51,358 nt of DNA from a virus (lineage: Duplodnaviria > Caudoviricetes), in IMG/VR virus record IMGVR_UViG_3300036801_000054, positions 1-51,358 of that record; one strand, written 5' to 3'. Under the pieces are notes generated by a model. That model searched no databases. It was not told the DNA's origin and saw nothing but the letters and a program-made list of their open reading frames with translations. Position 1 is the stretch's first letter, and each line of letters opens with the position of its first letter. Made by a program: the position numbers and the translations under genes. Shown here one piece after another: positions 8,676 to 17,322 of this stretch.

Positions 8676-8879
8676 ATGGACCACTCCGAGGGACTGATCC
8701 TGCTCACGCGCTGCGTTAAGGAAATGGGCGAGCAGGCCGCAATGGAGAACTTCAGCACCGCGCTTGCTTGGCACGGCGAAGCGCAACGCGCGCTGCGCGA
8801 CGTTCAGGTATCGCTGCTTGAGCAACAGTTCCGCCAGAAGCAGCGGCAGGCGCAAACGAACGAGGGTCATACGGCGTAA
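8676..8879 (+). CDS. Hypothetical protein
   Basis: GGAGG RBS; helical ORF. Confidence 0.55.
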   Translation: MDHSEGLILLTRCVKEMGEQAAMENFSTALAWHGEAQRALRDVQVSLLEQQFRQKQRQAQTNEGHTA

Positions 8880-8920
8880 ACGCAGGACGCGCGGGGGCCG
8901 CGCGAGAACGGGGGTAGGCG

Positions 8921-9256
8921 ATGGAACGACCGCACATTCAATCGGGATCGAGCATTATTCCGCGGGCGCGAACGGGCGACGCGATCACGTCCCGCGATGC
9001 CGCAGCTCGGGCCGCGCATTTCGCGCAGGACCATTGCGAGTCGATCCTTGGCGTGCTCTACCGGCCGATGACCTGCTACACGATTGCCCGCTTGACCGGG
9101 CTCACGCATGTGCAGGTCGCGCGCCGCCTCGGGGAGATGGAGCAGAAACGCGACGAGTTCGGCAACGTCACGCGCGAGGGAACGATCAGGCCGACCGGTA
9201 AGACGGAGATCGGCGAGTCTGGTAGTCCGTGCCGGCTCTGGGAGCGCGTCGCGTGA
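8921..9256 (+). CDS. Winged-helix DNA-binding protein
   Basis: ARTGDAITSRDAA..PMTCYTIARLTGLTHVQVARRLGEM..CRLW. Confidence 0.65.
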   Translation: MERPHIQSGSSIIPRARTGDAITSRDAAARAAHFAQDHCESILGVLYRPMTCYTIARLTGLTHVQVARRLGEMEQKRDEFGNVTREGTIRPTGKTEIGESGSPCRLWERVA

Positions 9257-9345
9257 GCCAACTCAAGCGCGACTTCGGGACGGCGGTCGTCTGGGTGTGG
9301 CTGGTCGCGATTGCGGCCGCCGCGGCGTCGAAGCTCCTGTTCTAG
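9253..9345 (+). CDS. 30-aa hydrophobic peptide
   Basis: MSQLKRDFGTAVVWVWLVAIAAAAASKLLF; GTGA overlap. Confidence 0.4.
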   Translation: MSQLKRDFGTAVVWVWLVAIAAAAASKLLF

Positions 9346-9518
9346 ACAACCGCTGCCGTCTGTCGGAAATGCCATCCAGTGTCGGCGCAAGTCTTACAAT
9401 TCAAACGCCGGGAAGAGCGATTTGTGGGAGTCGGGACGCCCCGTTTCTCCTGCCGCGCCTGCTCCCGCCCACACGGGCGCTACCGGCACCCCATCAACCT
9501 GCCTTGTGGGAGGCACCC

Positions 9519-10202
9519 TTGTCAGACAAGCTAATTCGTGACGAAATATTGCGATCGCATCGTTATGTGAGTCTTTCGAGCGATACTACCAAGCTTACGT
9601 TCTTCCATCTCCTGCTTTCATCCGACAGCCTAAGCAATTCCGAAGCAACCGCCACCGCGTTATCGATCATGATGGGACGGGTCGTGACCGAGGCCGCAAC
9701 GGCCACGATCCTCGCCGAGCTTGCCGACCATGACCTCGTCCGAATCTACGAAGCGGACGGCAAGCGGTACGTACATATACCGCGTTCGAGACAGCGTATC
9801 CGCTATCTCAGAGGCAAGCACCCGCGCCCGCCAACAGAAATCGAGGATAACGAAATCAAGGATTTAATCGCTGAAGTCGGACTGCGGTCTGACCGTGGTC
9901 AGTCTCAAGTCGGACCTAAGTTACCTGAAGCGAAGCGAAGTGTTGTTGTTGTTGAAGCGAAGCGAAGTGAAGAGAAACAAAGTCAACGTCTGGTGCGCGC
10001 TACGCGCTTACCTACGGACTGGCGACTACCGGACGAGTGGAAGGACTGGGCGGTCAAGGTCCACCATCTCGATCCCCAACGGGCGGTGCGCATAAGCCTC
10101 GCATTCCGCGATTACTGGATCGCCAAACCCAAAGACGCCACCCGCCTCGATTGGCTCGCCACATGGCGGAACTGGATCCGCAAGGAGTGTCAGGATGCGT
10201 GA
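9519..10202 (+). CDS. Phage replication initiator (lambda O / DnaT-like organisation)
   Basis: GGAGG RBS plus TTG start; N-terminal wHTH-like region; C-terminal RATRLPTDW..FRDYW..DWLATWRNWIR; internal repeats. Confidence 0.7.
   Translation: MSDKLIRDEILRSHRYVSLSSDTTKLTFFHLLLSSDSLSNSEATATALSIMMGRVVTEAATATILAELADHDLVRIYEADGKRYVHIPRSRQRIRYLRGKHPRPPTEIEDNEIKDLIAEVGLRSDRGQSQVGPKLPEAKRSVVVVEAKRSEEKQSQRLVRATRLPTDWRLPDEWKDWAVKVHHLDPQRAVRISLAFRDYWIAKPKDATRLDWLATWRNWIRKECQDA
9874..9969. repeat. Candidate replication origin iterons inside the initiator gene
   Basis: 11-bp periodic GTCNGAC-like units (9874-9917), then TGAAGCGAAGCGAAGTG twice (9926-9942, 9953-9969) separated by TTG repeats. Confidence 0.5.
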
Positions 10203-10551
10203 CTGCCCGAAGTGCTTCAAGCCGGTCGACGGTGCATCGTGCCCTCACTGCGGATTCAGCGAACCGGGGTCATCCGGCAAGCCCATCGTTCCGCAACGCG
10301 TCATCCTCTGCGCCAACTGCTCCGAGCTCGGCATACTCACCGAGAATACCCGCGGCGGCGATGGCAAGGAACCACACCCAGGACCGTGGTATTGCCACCG
10401 CCACTTCCCGCCGTTCTCCGGTCGCGCCTACGCGACCAAGCCCGCGCCACCGCCGCAAGGTTTCCAGAGCCTCAAAGCATTGGTGAGCCGAGTACCGAAA
10501 GACCCTGAAGACCACGCCGAACGCGCCGCCATACAAGGCGAAGGCGCATGA
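10195..10551 (+). CDS. Zinc-finger hypothetical protein
   Basis: CPKC..CPHC..CANC..WYCHRH. Confidence 0.6.
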   Translation: MRDCPKCFKPVDGASCPHCGFSEPGSSGKPIVPQRVILCANCSELGILTENTRGGDGKEPHPGPWYCHRHFPPFSGRAYATKPAPPPQGFQSLKALVSRVPKDPEDHAERAAIQGEGA

Positions 10552-10766
10552 CTACCGAGCGCAAGTGCTCGAGGTGCAAGGCTGCGCTACCGTCATTCCT
10601 CGATCGGCCAGACACCTACTGCAAGACTTGTCGCGCCAAGATCGTGAAAGGATGGAGACTCAAACGCGATGGCCTGTTGCCGGCCGCTGAGGTCAATCAA
10701 TTCCGCAAGCCGAGCTACGACGCCGGCCCACTCGACCTCGCGCTCAAAGGATGGGCCAAGGCATGA
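10548..10766 (+). CDS. Small zinc-finger protein
   Basis: CSRC..YCKTC. Confidence 0.55.
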   Translation: MTTERKCSRCKAALPSFLDRPDTYCKTCRAKIVKGWRLKRDGLLPAAEVNQFRKPSYDAGPLDLALKGWAKA

Positions 10767-11161
10767 AGCGTGCCAACGATGTGTTTTCGGGTCCTTCCAG
10801 CCTAGGCAAGTTATCGGGTAATTCTAACCCCTTGAATGAATTAGCGCCAAGCATAAACGAGTTTCGTTCTCAATCAAAGATATGCAAGAAATGTAACGAG
10901 GTAAAGGAACTTAGCTCTTTTCATCTCGTTAGCCAAAACTCGGATGGTCGCTCTGGTAAATGTCGAGCCTGTGAGAACAAACGAAGGATGGAACTCTGGC
11001 ATGCCAGACGCAGGGCCGCTGGCGACCACATCATCCCGCGCAAACTGTTCGACATGACGACGTTGGAGGGTACTCGCGCAGCGTGGGCACTATCGAACTT
11101 GCGGCCACTTAGCGCGAAGGAAAACATCGCCAAAGGCGCCAAGGTTTTGTCACTGCTATGA
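10763..11161 (+). CDS. HNH-like endonuclease, apparently internally shortened
   Basis: CKKC..DG..CRAC zinc finger directly followed by DHIIP..FD..WALSNLRPLSAKENIAKG; more AT-rich than its flanks. Confidence 0.55.
   Translation: MKRANDVFSGPSSLGKLSGNSNPLNELAPSINEFRSQSKICKKCNEVKELSSFHLVSQNSDGRSGKCRACENKRRMELWHARRRAAGDHIIPRKLFDMTTLEGTRAAWALSNLRPLSAKENIAKGAKVLSLL
10789..10831. other. Candidate cos packaging site
   Basis: GGGTCCT (10789-10795, the lambda cosQ sequence) followed about 20 bp later by GGGTAATTCTAACCCC, upstream of a Nu1/gpA-type terminase. Confidence 0.55.
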
Positions 11162-11574
11162 GCGAAGCCCTGACGCAGGCCCAGGTATCCGCAATCCTTT
11201 GCATTACCAAGCGCCGCGTGCAGCAAATGGACGTTGACGGAGATGGCCCGCCGCGCACTGGCTCTGGGGAATATCCGGCGGCAGGTTTCGGCGAATGGCT
11301 CAAGAAGCGCTCCGACAAGGGGCACAAGGATCGGCTGACGAAGGCGCAGGCCGACGTTGCGGAGCTCGAGGCCGGCGAGATGGCGGGCGAGCTCGTTCGG
11401 GTCGCTCCGACGACTGAGCGATGGGGAAAGATGTGCGCCGCCTTCAAGGCTCGCTTGCTGACGATTCCTCCGACGCTGGCACCGAGGATTGCGGCGCCTG
11501 GTCGTGCCGCCGAAGCGCAGGCGGAGCTCCAGAGGGCGATTCACGAAGCGTTGACGGAGTTGGCCGATGTCTGA
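11158..11574 (+). CDS. terS: Terminase small subunit (Nu1-like)
   Basis: N-terminal HTH LTQAQVSAILCITKRRVQQ; RLTKAQADVAELE..GELV..KARLLTIP. Confidence 0.85.
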   Translation: MSEALTQAQVSAILCITKRRVQQMDVDGDGPPRTGSGEYPAAGFGEWLKKRSDKGHKDRLTKAQADVAELEAGEMAGELVRVAPTTERWGKMCAAFKARLLTIPPTLAPRIAAPGRAAEAQAELQRAIHEALTELADV

Positions 11575-11794
11575 CTCTCCGAGGGTCAGAAAAATACCGC
11601 GAGAGCCGACGCGAGAAATGCTGCGAGCGGTACTTGATCGGTCGCCTAGAACAAGCCCATCCCAAGGCGCGGTTAATGGTGCTCCATGCTGGTGGAATTT
11701 CCCTGGAGGATTCACCGCAATCTGGCGAACAATGTACGACGCAGCCGCCAAGGAACCGCAACCGCGTAGGAATGGTCGTCAGCGACGTGTCTGA
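11567..11794 (+). CDS. Hypothetical protein inserted between terminase genes
   Basis: PREPTREML..IWRTMYDAA. Confidence 0.6.
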   Translation: MSDSPRVRKIPREPTREMLRAVLDRSPRTSPSQGAVNGAPCWWNFPGGFTAIWRTMYDAAAKEPQPRRNGRQRRV

Positions 11795-11826
11795 ATCCGC
11801 CATCCTCGACGAGACGGAGTTAGCGA

Positions 11827-12024
11827 ATGGTTGACGCTTTAGTTTTAGCCCTTCTTTGGTCGGCTCGATGCATTTTCTTGGCGTTAATGTGGCCGCTCGC
11901 TGCGTTCATTTTCATAGCGTTTGGGGTGATAGCATTTCTTCCGGCGCGGTTGCTTACCCTGACCGACGTGACGATCGGAGATTGGATGCGCTTCTGCTTT
12001 CACTTCGAATGGCTGAAGCCATGA
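11827..12024 (+). CDS. Small membrane protein
   Basis: Long hydrophobic stretch; GGAG RBS. Confidence 0.5.
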   Translation: MVDALVLALLWSARCIFLALMWPLAAFIFIAFGVIAFLPARLLTLTDVTIGDWMRFCFHFEWLKP

Positions 12025-12245
12025 CCGATAACTGCAAACTGTTGCGACACGCCGCATCCCTTCTCGATCAAGAAGCCGCCGCGCTTAGAGAGACGAACTT
12101 CGCGCCATTTGGCGAGAACTGCGTTTTCGGTGAGAACGGGCTGTCGGGGAAACGCACCTGGGCCGATGATGAATCGCGCGAGTGGTATCAGGAATTACGC
12201 CGCACGGCAAAAGAGTTGCGCTTGGCGGCGAAATATTCTTTGTGA
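12021..12245 (+). CDS. Hypothetical protein
   Basis: ATGA and GTGA overlaps with neighbours. Confidence 0.55.
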   Translation: MTDNCKLLRHAASLLDQEAAALRETNFAPFGENCVFGENGLSGKRTWADDESREWYQELRRTAKELRLAAKYSL

Positions 12246-14137
12246 ACGAAGCCTCTATTCTCGACGAGATGGAGCGCGCGGCGCGGCAGATTCTGCGCCC
12301 GCCACCAAATCAGACGGTGAGCGAGTGGGCGGACGCGAACCGGCGCTTGTCGAGCGAATCTTCGCCGGAACCGTTCCAGTGGCGCACCTCGCGCGCCGAG
12401 TATCAGCGCGGAATCATGGATGCGTTCTCCGATGCGCGGAACCGGAGGATTGTATTTAAGAAATCAGCGCAAGTCGGGGCGACATCGATCATCGAAAACA
12501 TCGTCGGCTTTCACATCGATCAAGACGCTAGCCCGATCCTACTCGTTGAACCGACTCTAGACATGGGCGAGACGATGTCGAAGGACCGGCTAGCGCCGAT
12601 GTTCCGCGATACCGCTTGCTTGCGCGAGAAAGTCGCCGACGCCCGCTCGCGCGATTCCGGGAACACGCTGCTCCACAAGCGATTCATCGGCGGCCACCTG
12701 ACGATCGCCGGCGCGAACTCTCCGGCCTCGCTCGCGTCGCGGCCGATCCGCGTGCTCCTCTGCGACGAGATCGACCGGTTTCCGATATCCGCTGGCGCGG
12801 AGGGCAACCCGGTAAAACTAGCGATCAAGCGCACCAACAACTTTTGGAATCGCCGTATCGGTCTTTTCTCGACGCCGACCGACGAGGATGTCGGGATCGA
12901 CGCGGAGTACAAGGCGAGCGACCAGCGGCGCTTCTTCGTCACCTGCGGATGCGGGCACGAACAGGTTCTGGAATGGAAGCAAGTGAAGTGGACCAAAGAC
13001 GATGGCTCTGACGCCGCCTACGCCTGCTTAGGTTGCGGCACGCTCATCGACGAAACTGAGCGCGACAGGATGGTTGCGGCCGGGAAGTGGCGAGCGACCG
13101 CGCCGTTCCGCGGCGTCGCCGGCTTCCACATTAACGAACTCCATTCTCCGTGGCGGTCGTTTTCCGACGTTGTCACCGAGTTCCTGGAAGCGAAGGATGA
13201 TCCGGAGAAGCTCCGCGTCTGGGTGAATACCTCGCTCGGCGAAGCGTGGAAGCCGGAACGCGCTGGTGGCGTTTCCGCGGCGGCGCTAGAGGATGCCGAA
13301 GGCTTGCCGGTCGGGGAGATTCCGGCGGGCGCGCTTGTGCTCACGATCGGCGTGGATACCCAAGGCGATCGGCTCGCCGTGCACTTGTGCGGGTTCGGCC
13401 GCGATCGCCAGCAGTGGACGATTGATTATTTCGAGTCGCCAGGCGATCCGAATCTCGATGAGGCGTGGGAGAGGCTGACCGAGTATCGGCGCCGGAAATG
13501 GCCGCATCCTCTTGGTGGCGAAATTGGCGTTTCGCTTACCGGCATCGATTCAGGCGGCCATCACTCCGACCGCGTCGTGGCCTATGCGCGCGAGCATCGC
13601 AGCGAAGGGGTACTGGCGCTTAAGGGCTCGTCGCATCCGCTGCCGACAATGTTGAAAATGCGCCCGAGCAAGGTTGACTATCGCGCCAACGGTAAGGTCG
13701 TGAGGAAGGGTGCGGAACTCTGGCTCGTCGGCACCGACGCGGTGAAGTCCGTCATTGATTCCAAGCTGCGCGCAGACTCGGATCGTCGGAAGATTCATTT
13801 TGCGCTTGGCCTTGGCGCAGAATTTTTCCGCCAGATCACCGCTGAGATATACGACAAGGTAAAGCGGCGCTGGATCAACCCGAAGAAGAAACGCAACGAA
13901 GCTGGAGACACTCTTGGCTACTGCACTGCGATAACCGCTCATCCCTGGCTCCGTCTCAACGTTGCGACCGAAGCGAAGTGGCGCTCCTACGAGAGGAAAT
14001 TGACTATCGCCAAGCGGTCCGAAACGCCTTCCAACGGCGAGAATGTGGCTCCAGAGCCACCCAAAGAGGTCCCCATCCAGCCGCAACGACGCCATTTGCA
14101 AGCGCCTCGTCGCGGCGGGTTCATAAACCGGTGGTGA
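12242..14137 (+). CDS. terL: Terminase large subunit (lambda gpA family)
   Basis: VSEWAD, Walker A KSAQVGAT, Walker B LLCDEID, FSTPT, GVDTQGDR, IDSGG, RNEAGD. Confidence 0.95.
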   Translation: MNEASILDEMERAARQILRPPPNQTVSEWADANRRLSSESSPEPFQWRTSRAEYQRGIMDAFSDARNRRIVFKKSAQVGATSIIENIVGFHIDQDASPILLVEPTLDMGETMSKDRLAPMFRDTACLREKVADARSRDSGNTLLHKRFIGGHLTIAGANSPASLASRPIRVLLCDEIDRFPISAGAEGNPVKLAIKRTNNFWNRRIGLFSTPTDEDVGIDAEYKASDQRRFFVTCGCGHEQVLEWKQVKWTKDDGSDAAYACLGCGTLIDETERDRMVAAGKWRATAPFRGVAGFHINELHSPWRSFSDVVTEFLEAKDDPEKLRVWVNTSLGEAWKPERAGGVSAAALEDAEGLPVGEIPAGALVLTIGVDTQGDRLAVHLCGFGRDRQQWTIDYFESPGDPNLDEAWERLTEYRRRKWPHPLGGEIGVSLTGIDSGGHHSDRVVAYAREHRSEGVLALKGSSHPLPTMLKMRPSKVDYRANGKVVRKGAELWLVGTDAVKSVIDSKLRADSDRRKIHFALGLGAEFFRQITAEIYDKVKRRWINPKKKRNEAGDTLGYCTAITAHPWLRLNVATEAKWRSYERKLTIAKRSETPSNGENVAPEPPKEVPIQPQRRHLQAPRRGGFINRW

Positions 14138-14146
14138 GGAGGATTT

Positions 14147-14506
14147 ATGGACAGTGTCCGGGTAACGATAGGCCGGGATGGCGAACCGCTTCGCAAGGTC
14201 CCGACCTACACTCTCTCCGTGGAGTTTCAGCCTGCTGGCCGTATCAACGGCTCATTTTCTCTGGGTCCGAGCACCGAAAATGATTTCGCTGCGGTGTTCG
14301 ACTGGATCAATGCCGCGTTTTGCGCCGAAGATAGACTTCAAATCTGCATCGAGATTGATGATGATTGCAACCGAGAAATGTACGGCGGCTGGTGTGTGAT
14401 AACACAAACCTGCGTGAACGTCGCAACTTCGGCAGCGCTCAGTTTTTCGGTAATGGGGCGACTAATCCCTCCAGAGGCTCCGTGGGAACGGATGGCTGGT
14501 CAATGA
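14147..14506 (+). CDS. Hypothetical protein
   Basis: GAGGAGG RBS; lower GC than flanks. Confidence 0.55.
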   Translation: MDSVRVTIGRDGEPLRKVPTYTLSVEFQPAGRINGSFSLGPSTENDFAAVFDWINAAFCAEDRLQICIEIDDDCNREMYGGWCVITQTCVNVATSAALSFSVMGRLIPPEAPWERMAGQ

Positions 14507-14754
14507 ACCGAAAGCGCGAACTCACCGACCTTGCCGAATCCCTGCAGGCGATCGGGATCAATCCGCAGCGCATCGGCGAACTACTCGGCTACTCCGGGCA
14601 GCACATCCGAAACATCCTCCAAGGGCAGGGGCGGCCGACCCGCGATAGGGCTATTGCCGACATCCTCTCCCGCCTGCCCGCGCAACTCCGGCGGCGCGTA
14701 GAAAGCTGGCGCGCGGCGCGACTTGTTGCAAAGAGCAAACAAACACCGCTTTAG
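14503..14754 (+). CDS. HTH DNA-binding protein (possible late regulator)
   Basis: GINPQRIGELLGYSGQHIRNIL; precedes the intergenic gap before the head genes. Confidence 0.6.
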   Translation: MNRKRELTDLAESLQAIGINPQRIGELLGYSGQHIRNILQGQGRPTRDRAIADILSRLPAQLRRRVESWRAARLVAKSKQTPL

Positions 14755-14960
14755 CTGGTCAGGTTTCGTCCTACGCTACCCGCACGCGCGGTAGTCGCGG
14801 GTCGGGGGCTTTAGCGGTGCATGGATGCGAGGGGCATGACGACGATCCTTGTGAAGCGATCCGTCGTTTTCTGCTCGGCTGGCTCGCGCCACGCAAGCGT
14901 GGCTTGCACGATGCGACTTTCCGCTTTAAAGGGTTCATTTTCAGCGCGAAAGGAACGCAC

Positions 14961-15320
14961 ATGTCGACACTGACCGCGAAAGACACGGAAGTACCGGGAA
15001 CCGCCAGCTACACGTTCAAATTCCTGGATGCGAAGGGCAAGGACGCCAAGGTCGATACGTCGGCTGGATTGCCGACTGTCACGCCAGACAATGCGAGCGT
15101 CGTCGACTCTGTCGGCGCGGTTGCCGATAATGGCGATGGAACGTTCACCGCCAGCGTTCACGTTCTCGACAATCTCGGCGCGTGCAATCTGACCGTCGCA
15201 GGCGATGCGGATTTGGGTGATGGCGTCGTTCCGGTCACCTTCGTCGACGTCGTCAGCGTCATCCCCGGCGACGCGACCACCGGCTCCGGGACGTTCGGCA
15301 CTATCACTCCCGACGCCTAG
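14961..15320 (+). CDS. Beta-rich, Ig-like putative virion protein
   Basis: AAGGA RBS; DAKG..VD, DNGDGTFTASV, ADADLGDGV-like motif. Confidence 0.6.
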   Translation: MSTLTAKDTEVPGTASYTFKFLDAKGKDAKVDTSAGLPTVTPDNASVVDSVGAVADNGDGTFTASVHVLDNLGACNLTVAGDADLGDGVVPVTFVDVVSVIPGDATTGSGTFGTITPDA

Positions 15321-15332
15321 TTCATCTCCAGG

Positions 15333-15399
15333 TCAGCGCGCGAGGTTTCGCTTTGGGCTCCTCCTCCCTAGTCTTCGGCGAAGCGCGCTGAATTTTTTT
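15333..15399 (+). terminator. Intrinsic terminator with a CCTCCTCCC loop
   Basis: TCAGCGCGC/GCGCGCTGA stem followed by T7. Confidence 0.65.
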
Positions 15400-15401
15400 C
15401 A

Positions 15402-16169
15402 ATGATCTCCATCGGCATCTCCAGCAACGTGCAGGACACCATCCGGCAGTTGAACGCGCGCCGCGACCAGGTGCCGTTCGCGACCGCGGTTGCTCTCACT
15501 CGTACCGCCGTGAAAGTGAAGGACGCCGAGTACAAGGAGATGGTCGACGTCTTCGACCGCCCGACTCCGTACACGCTGAACTCGCTCTACGCGAAGGGCG
15601 CGACCAAGCAGAATCTCGAAGCCGTCGTCTGGCTCAAGTACGACACCAGCAAGGGGACGCCGGCCGATAAGTACCTGACGCCGGAGATCTCCGGCGGTCA
15701 ACGGCGGCTGAAGCGATTCGAGCGGGCGTTGCGCTCGGTTGGCGCGCTTCCTGACGGCTATTTCGCAGTCCCGGGAGCCGCCGCGAAGATGGACGCCTAC
15801 GGCAACATGGCGACATCGCAGATTGTGCAAATTCTGTCGTACTTCCGCGCGTTTAGGCCGGAGATCGGCTACCACGGCTTTCTCTCCAACATCACCGACA
15901 AGCGCAAAGCGAAGCTCGCTCGTGGCACCAAGCGGCAGCTCGGCTTCGAATACTTCGTCGGGAGCCCAGGAGACCGCTTGCCGCTCGGTGTCTGGCAGCG
16001 CTTTGGCTTCGCCCGCGGCTCGGCGATCAAACCGATCCTGATCTTTGTCAAGAGCGCGCACTACCCGATCCGCCTGGACTTCGGCTACGTGGCGCAGCAA
16101 ACGGTCAACCGCGAGTTTTCAGGCGAGTTCCAGCGCGCGCTAGCCGAAGCAACCGCGTCGGCGCACTGA
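15402..16169 (+). CDS. Phage morphogenesis / tail-completion-like protein
   Basis: QVPFATAVALTRTA..FDRPTPYTLNSL..GGQRRLKRFERAL. Confidence 0.6.
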   Translation: MISIGISSNVQDTIRQLNARRDQVPFATAVALTRTAVKVKDAEYKEMVDVFDRPTPYTLNSLYAKGATKQNLEAVVWLKYDTSKGTPADKYLTPEISGGQRRLKRFERALRSVGALPDGYFAVPGAAAKMDAYGNMATSQIVQILSYFRAFRPEIGYHGFLSNITDKRKAKLARGTKRQLGFEYFVGSPGDRLPLGVWQRFGFARGSAIKPILIFVKSAHYPIRLDFGYVAQQTVNREFSGEFQRALAEATASAH

Positions 16170-16178
16170 GGAGGGATC

Positions 16179-16490
16179 ATGGCATTCGACGCGAAAACTC
16201 CTGACGAGATACGACTCCTCACTTTCGATTTCGCCGCCAAGGCCGTATCCGGCGTGACGCTCTCGAATCCGACGCTCTCCGTTGACTCGGTTGTGGCCGG
16301 GACGGGGATCATCGGCGACGTGACGCTGGGTACGGGAGCGGTTGCGGACCTGACGGTGACCTCGCTCGGCACCGGCGGCATGGACGGCAGCCGCTACCGT
16401 CTGAAGGCCGAGGTTGACGCCAGCAATGGCGAGCATCTCGAAGTCTTCCGCGATTTGCCTGTGTCGATCAGCTCGGGGAGGGTCACATGA
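16179..16490 (+). CDS. Small virion adaptor-like protein
   Basis: KTPDEIRLLTFDF..GGMDGSRYRL; GAGG RBS. Confidence 0.6.
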   Translation: MAFDAKTPDEIRLLTFDFAAKAVSGVTLSNPTLSVDSVVAGTGIIGDVTLGTGAVADLTVTSLGTGGMDGSRYRLKAEVDASNGEHLEVFRDLPVSISSGRVT

Positions 16491-16756
16491 CCGACCGTTT
16501 TCCTATTCCGACCGCATCTGGAAGCCGCTTCGTCGATCGCGCCTTGGACGAAGACTTTGGCGCGCGCGCGAGCCCGATGATCCGGCGGATTGTCTGTTTG
16601 CTTTGGTGCAGCAGGCACGAACGCGGCGCTCGCGGCTGGGATGCGAGCGGACAAGGCAGGCTTGCCGTATGTCAGGGCTGCGGCTGCGCTCGCTTCGCTC
16701 CGGCGCCGCAGGAGGAAATTGAGCGACGCGCCGCTTGGCTGGCGCGAGATCAATGA
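16487..16756 (+). CDS. Hypothetical protein
   Basis: Coupled ORF; CLLWCSRH..CQGCG. Confidence 0.45.
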   Translation: MTDRFPIPTASGSRFVDRALDEDFGARASPMIRRIVCLLWCSRHERGARGWDASGQGRLAVCQGCGCARFAPAPQEEIERRAAWLARDQ

Positions 16757-17322
16757 CCGCCATCCTCAAGCACGAGCCGACGCAGGTCCGCGCCGGCGAC
16801 ACGTGGCAATGGAGGCGCGAGGACCTGGCAGCGAACTACCCGGCGCCGACATGGACGCTCTCCTACGTGTTCAAGAACGCGGTCAAGGCGTTCAGCTTCA
16901 GCGCCACCGCAGACGGCGCTTTCTTCGCGATCAACGTGCCATCTGCCGAGACCACGGACAACCCTGCCGGCTTCTATCGCTGGGCGGCGCAAGTCGCGAA
17001 CGGCGACGAGCGGCACACGGTCGGAACCGGCACGACGGAGGTGCTCGCCAACGTGTTCGACACGCCGGACGCGCCGCAGGATACGCGGTCAAAGGAACGC
17101 CGCATCCTGGACGCAATCGAGGCGGTCATCGAGAGCCGCGCGAGCAAGGATCAGGAACGCTACCAGATTGCCGGGCGCGAACTCTGGCGCACGCCGATCA
17201 AGGATTTGCTCATGCTCCGCGACGACTACGCGCAAGCGGTCGCGAGGCAAGAGGATGCCGCTCTACCGGCCGGCCAGCGCAAGGGGCGTAACGCCTACGT
17301 GCGATTCGGGCAAATCACATGA
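16753..17322 (+). CDS. Head-tail joining / gpW-like protein
   Basis: EPTQVRAGDTWQW..LDAIEAVIE..YQIAGRELWR..LRDDY; directly before the portal. Confidence 0.7.
   Translation: MTAILKHEPTQVRAGDTWQWRREDLAANYPAPTWTLSYVFKNAVKAFSFSATADGAFFAINVPSAETTDNPAGFYRWAAQVANGDERHTVGTGTTEVLANVFDTPDAPQDTRSKERRILDAIEAVIESRASKDQERYQIAGRELWRTPIKDLLMLRDDYAQAVARQEDAALPAGQRKGRNAYVRFGQIT

Noticed and set aside
9926-9969. Mini CRISPR array
   Set aside because: Only two 17-bp copies with a 10-bp low-complexity spacer inside a CDS; better explained as origin repeats
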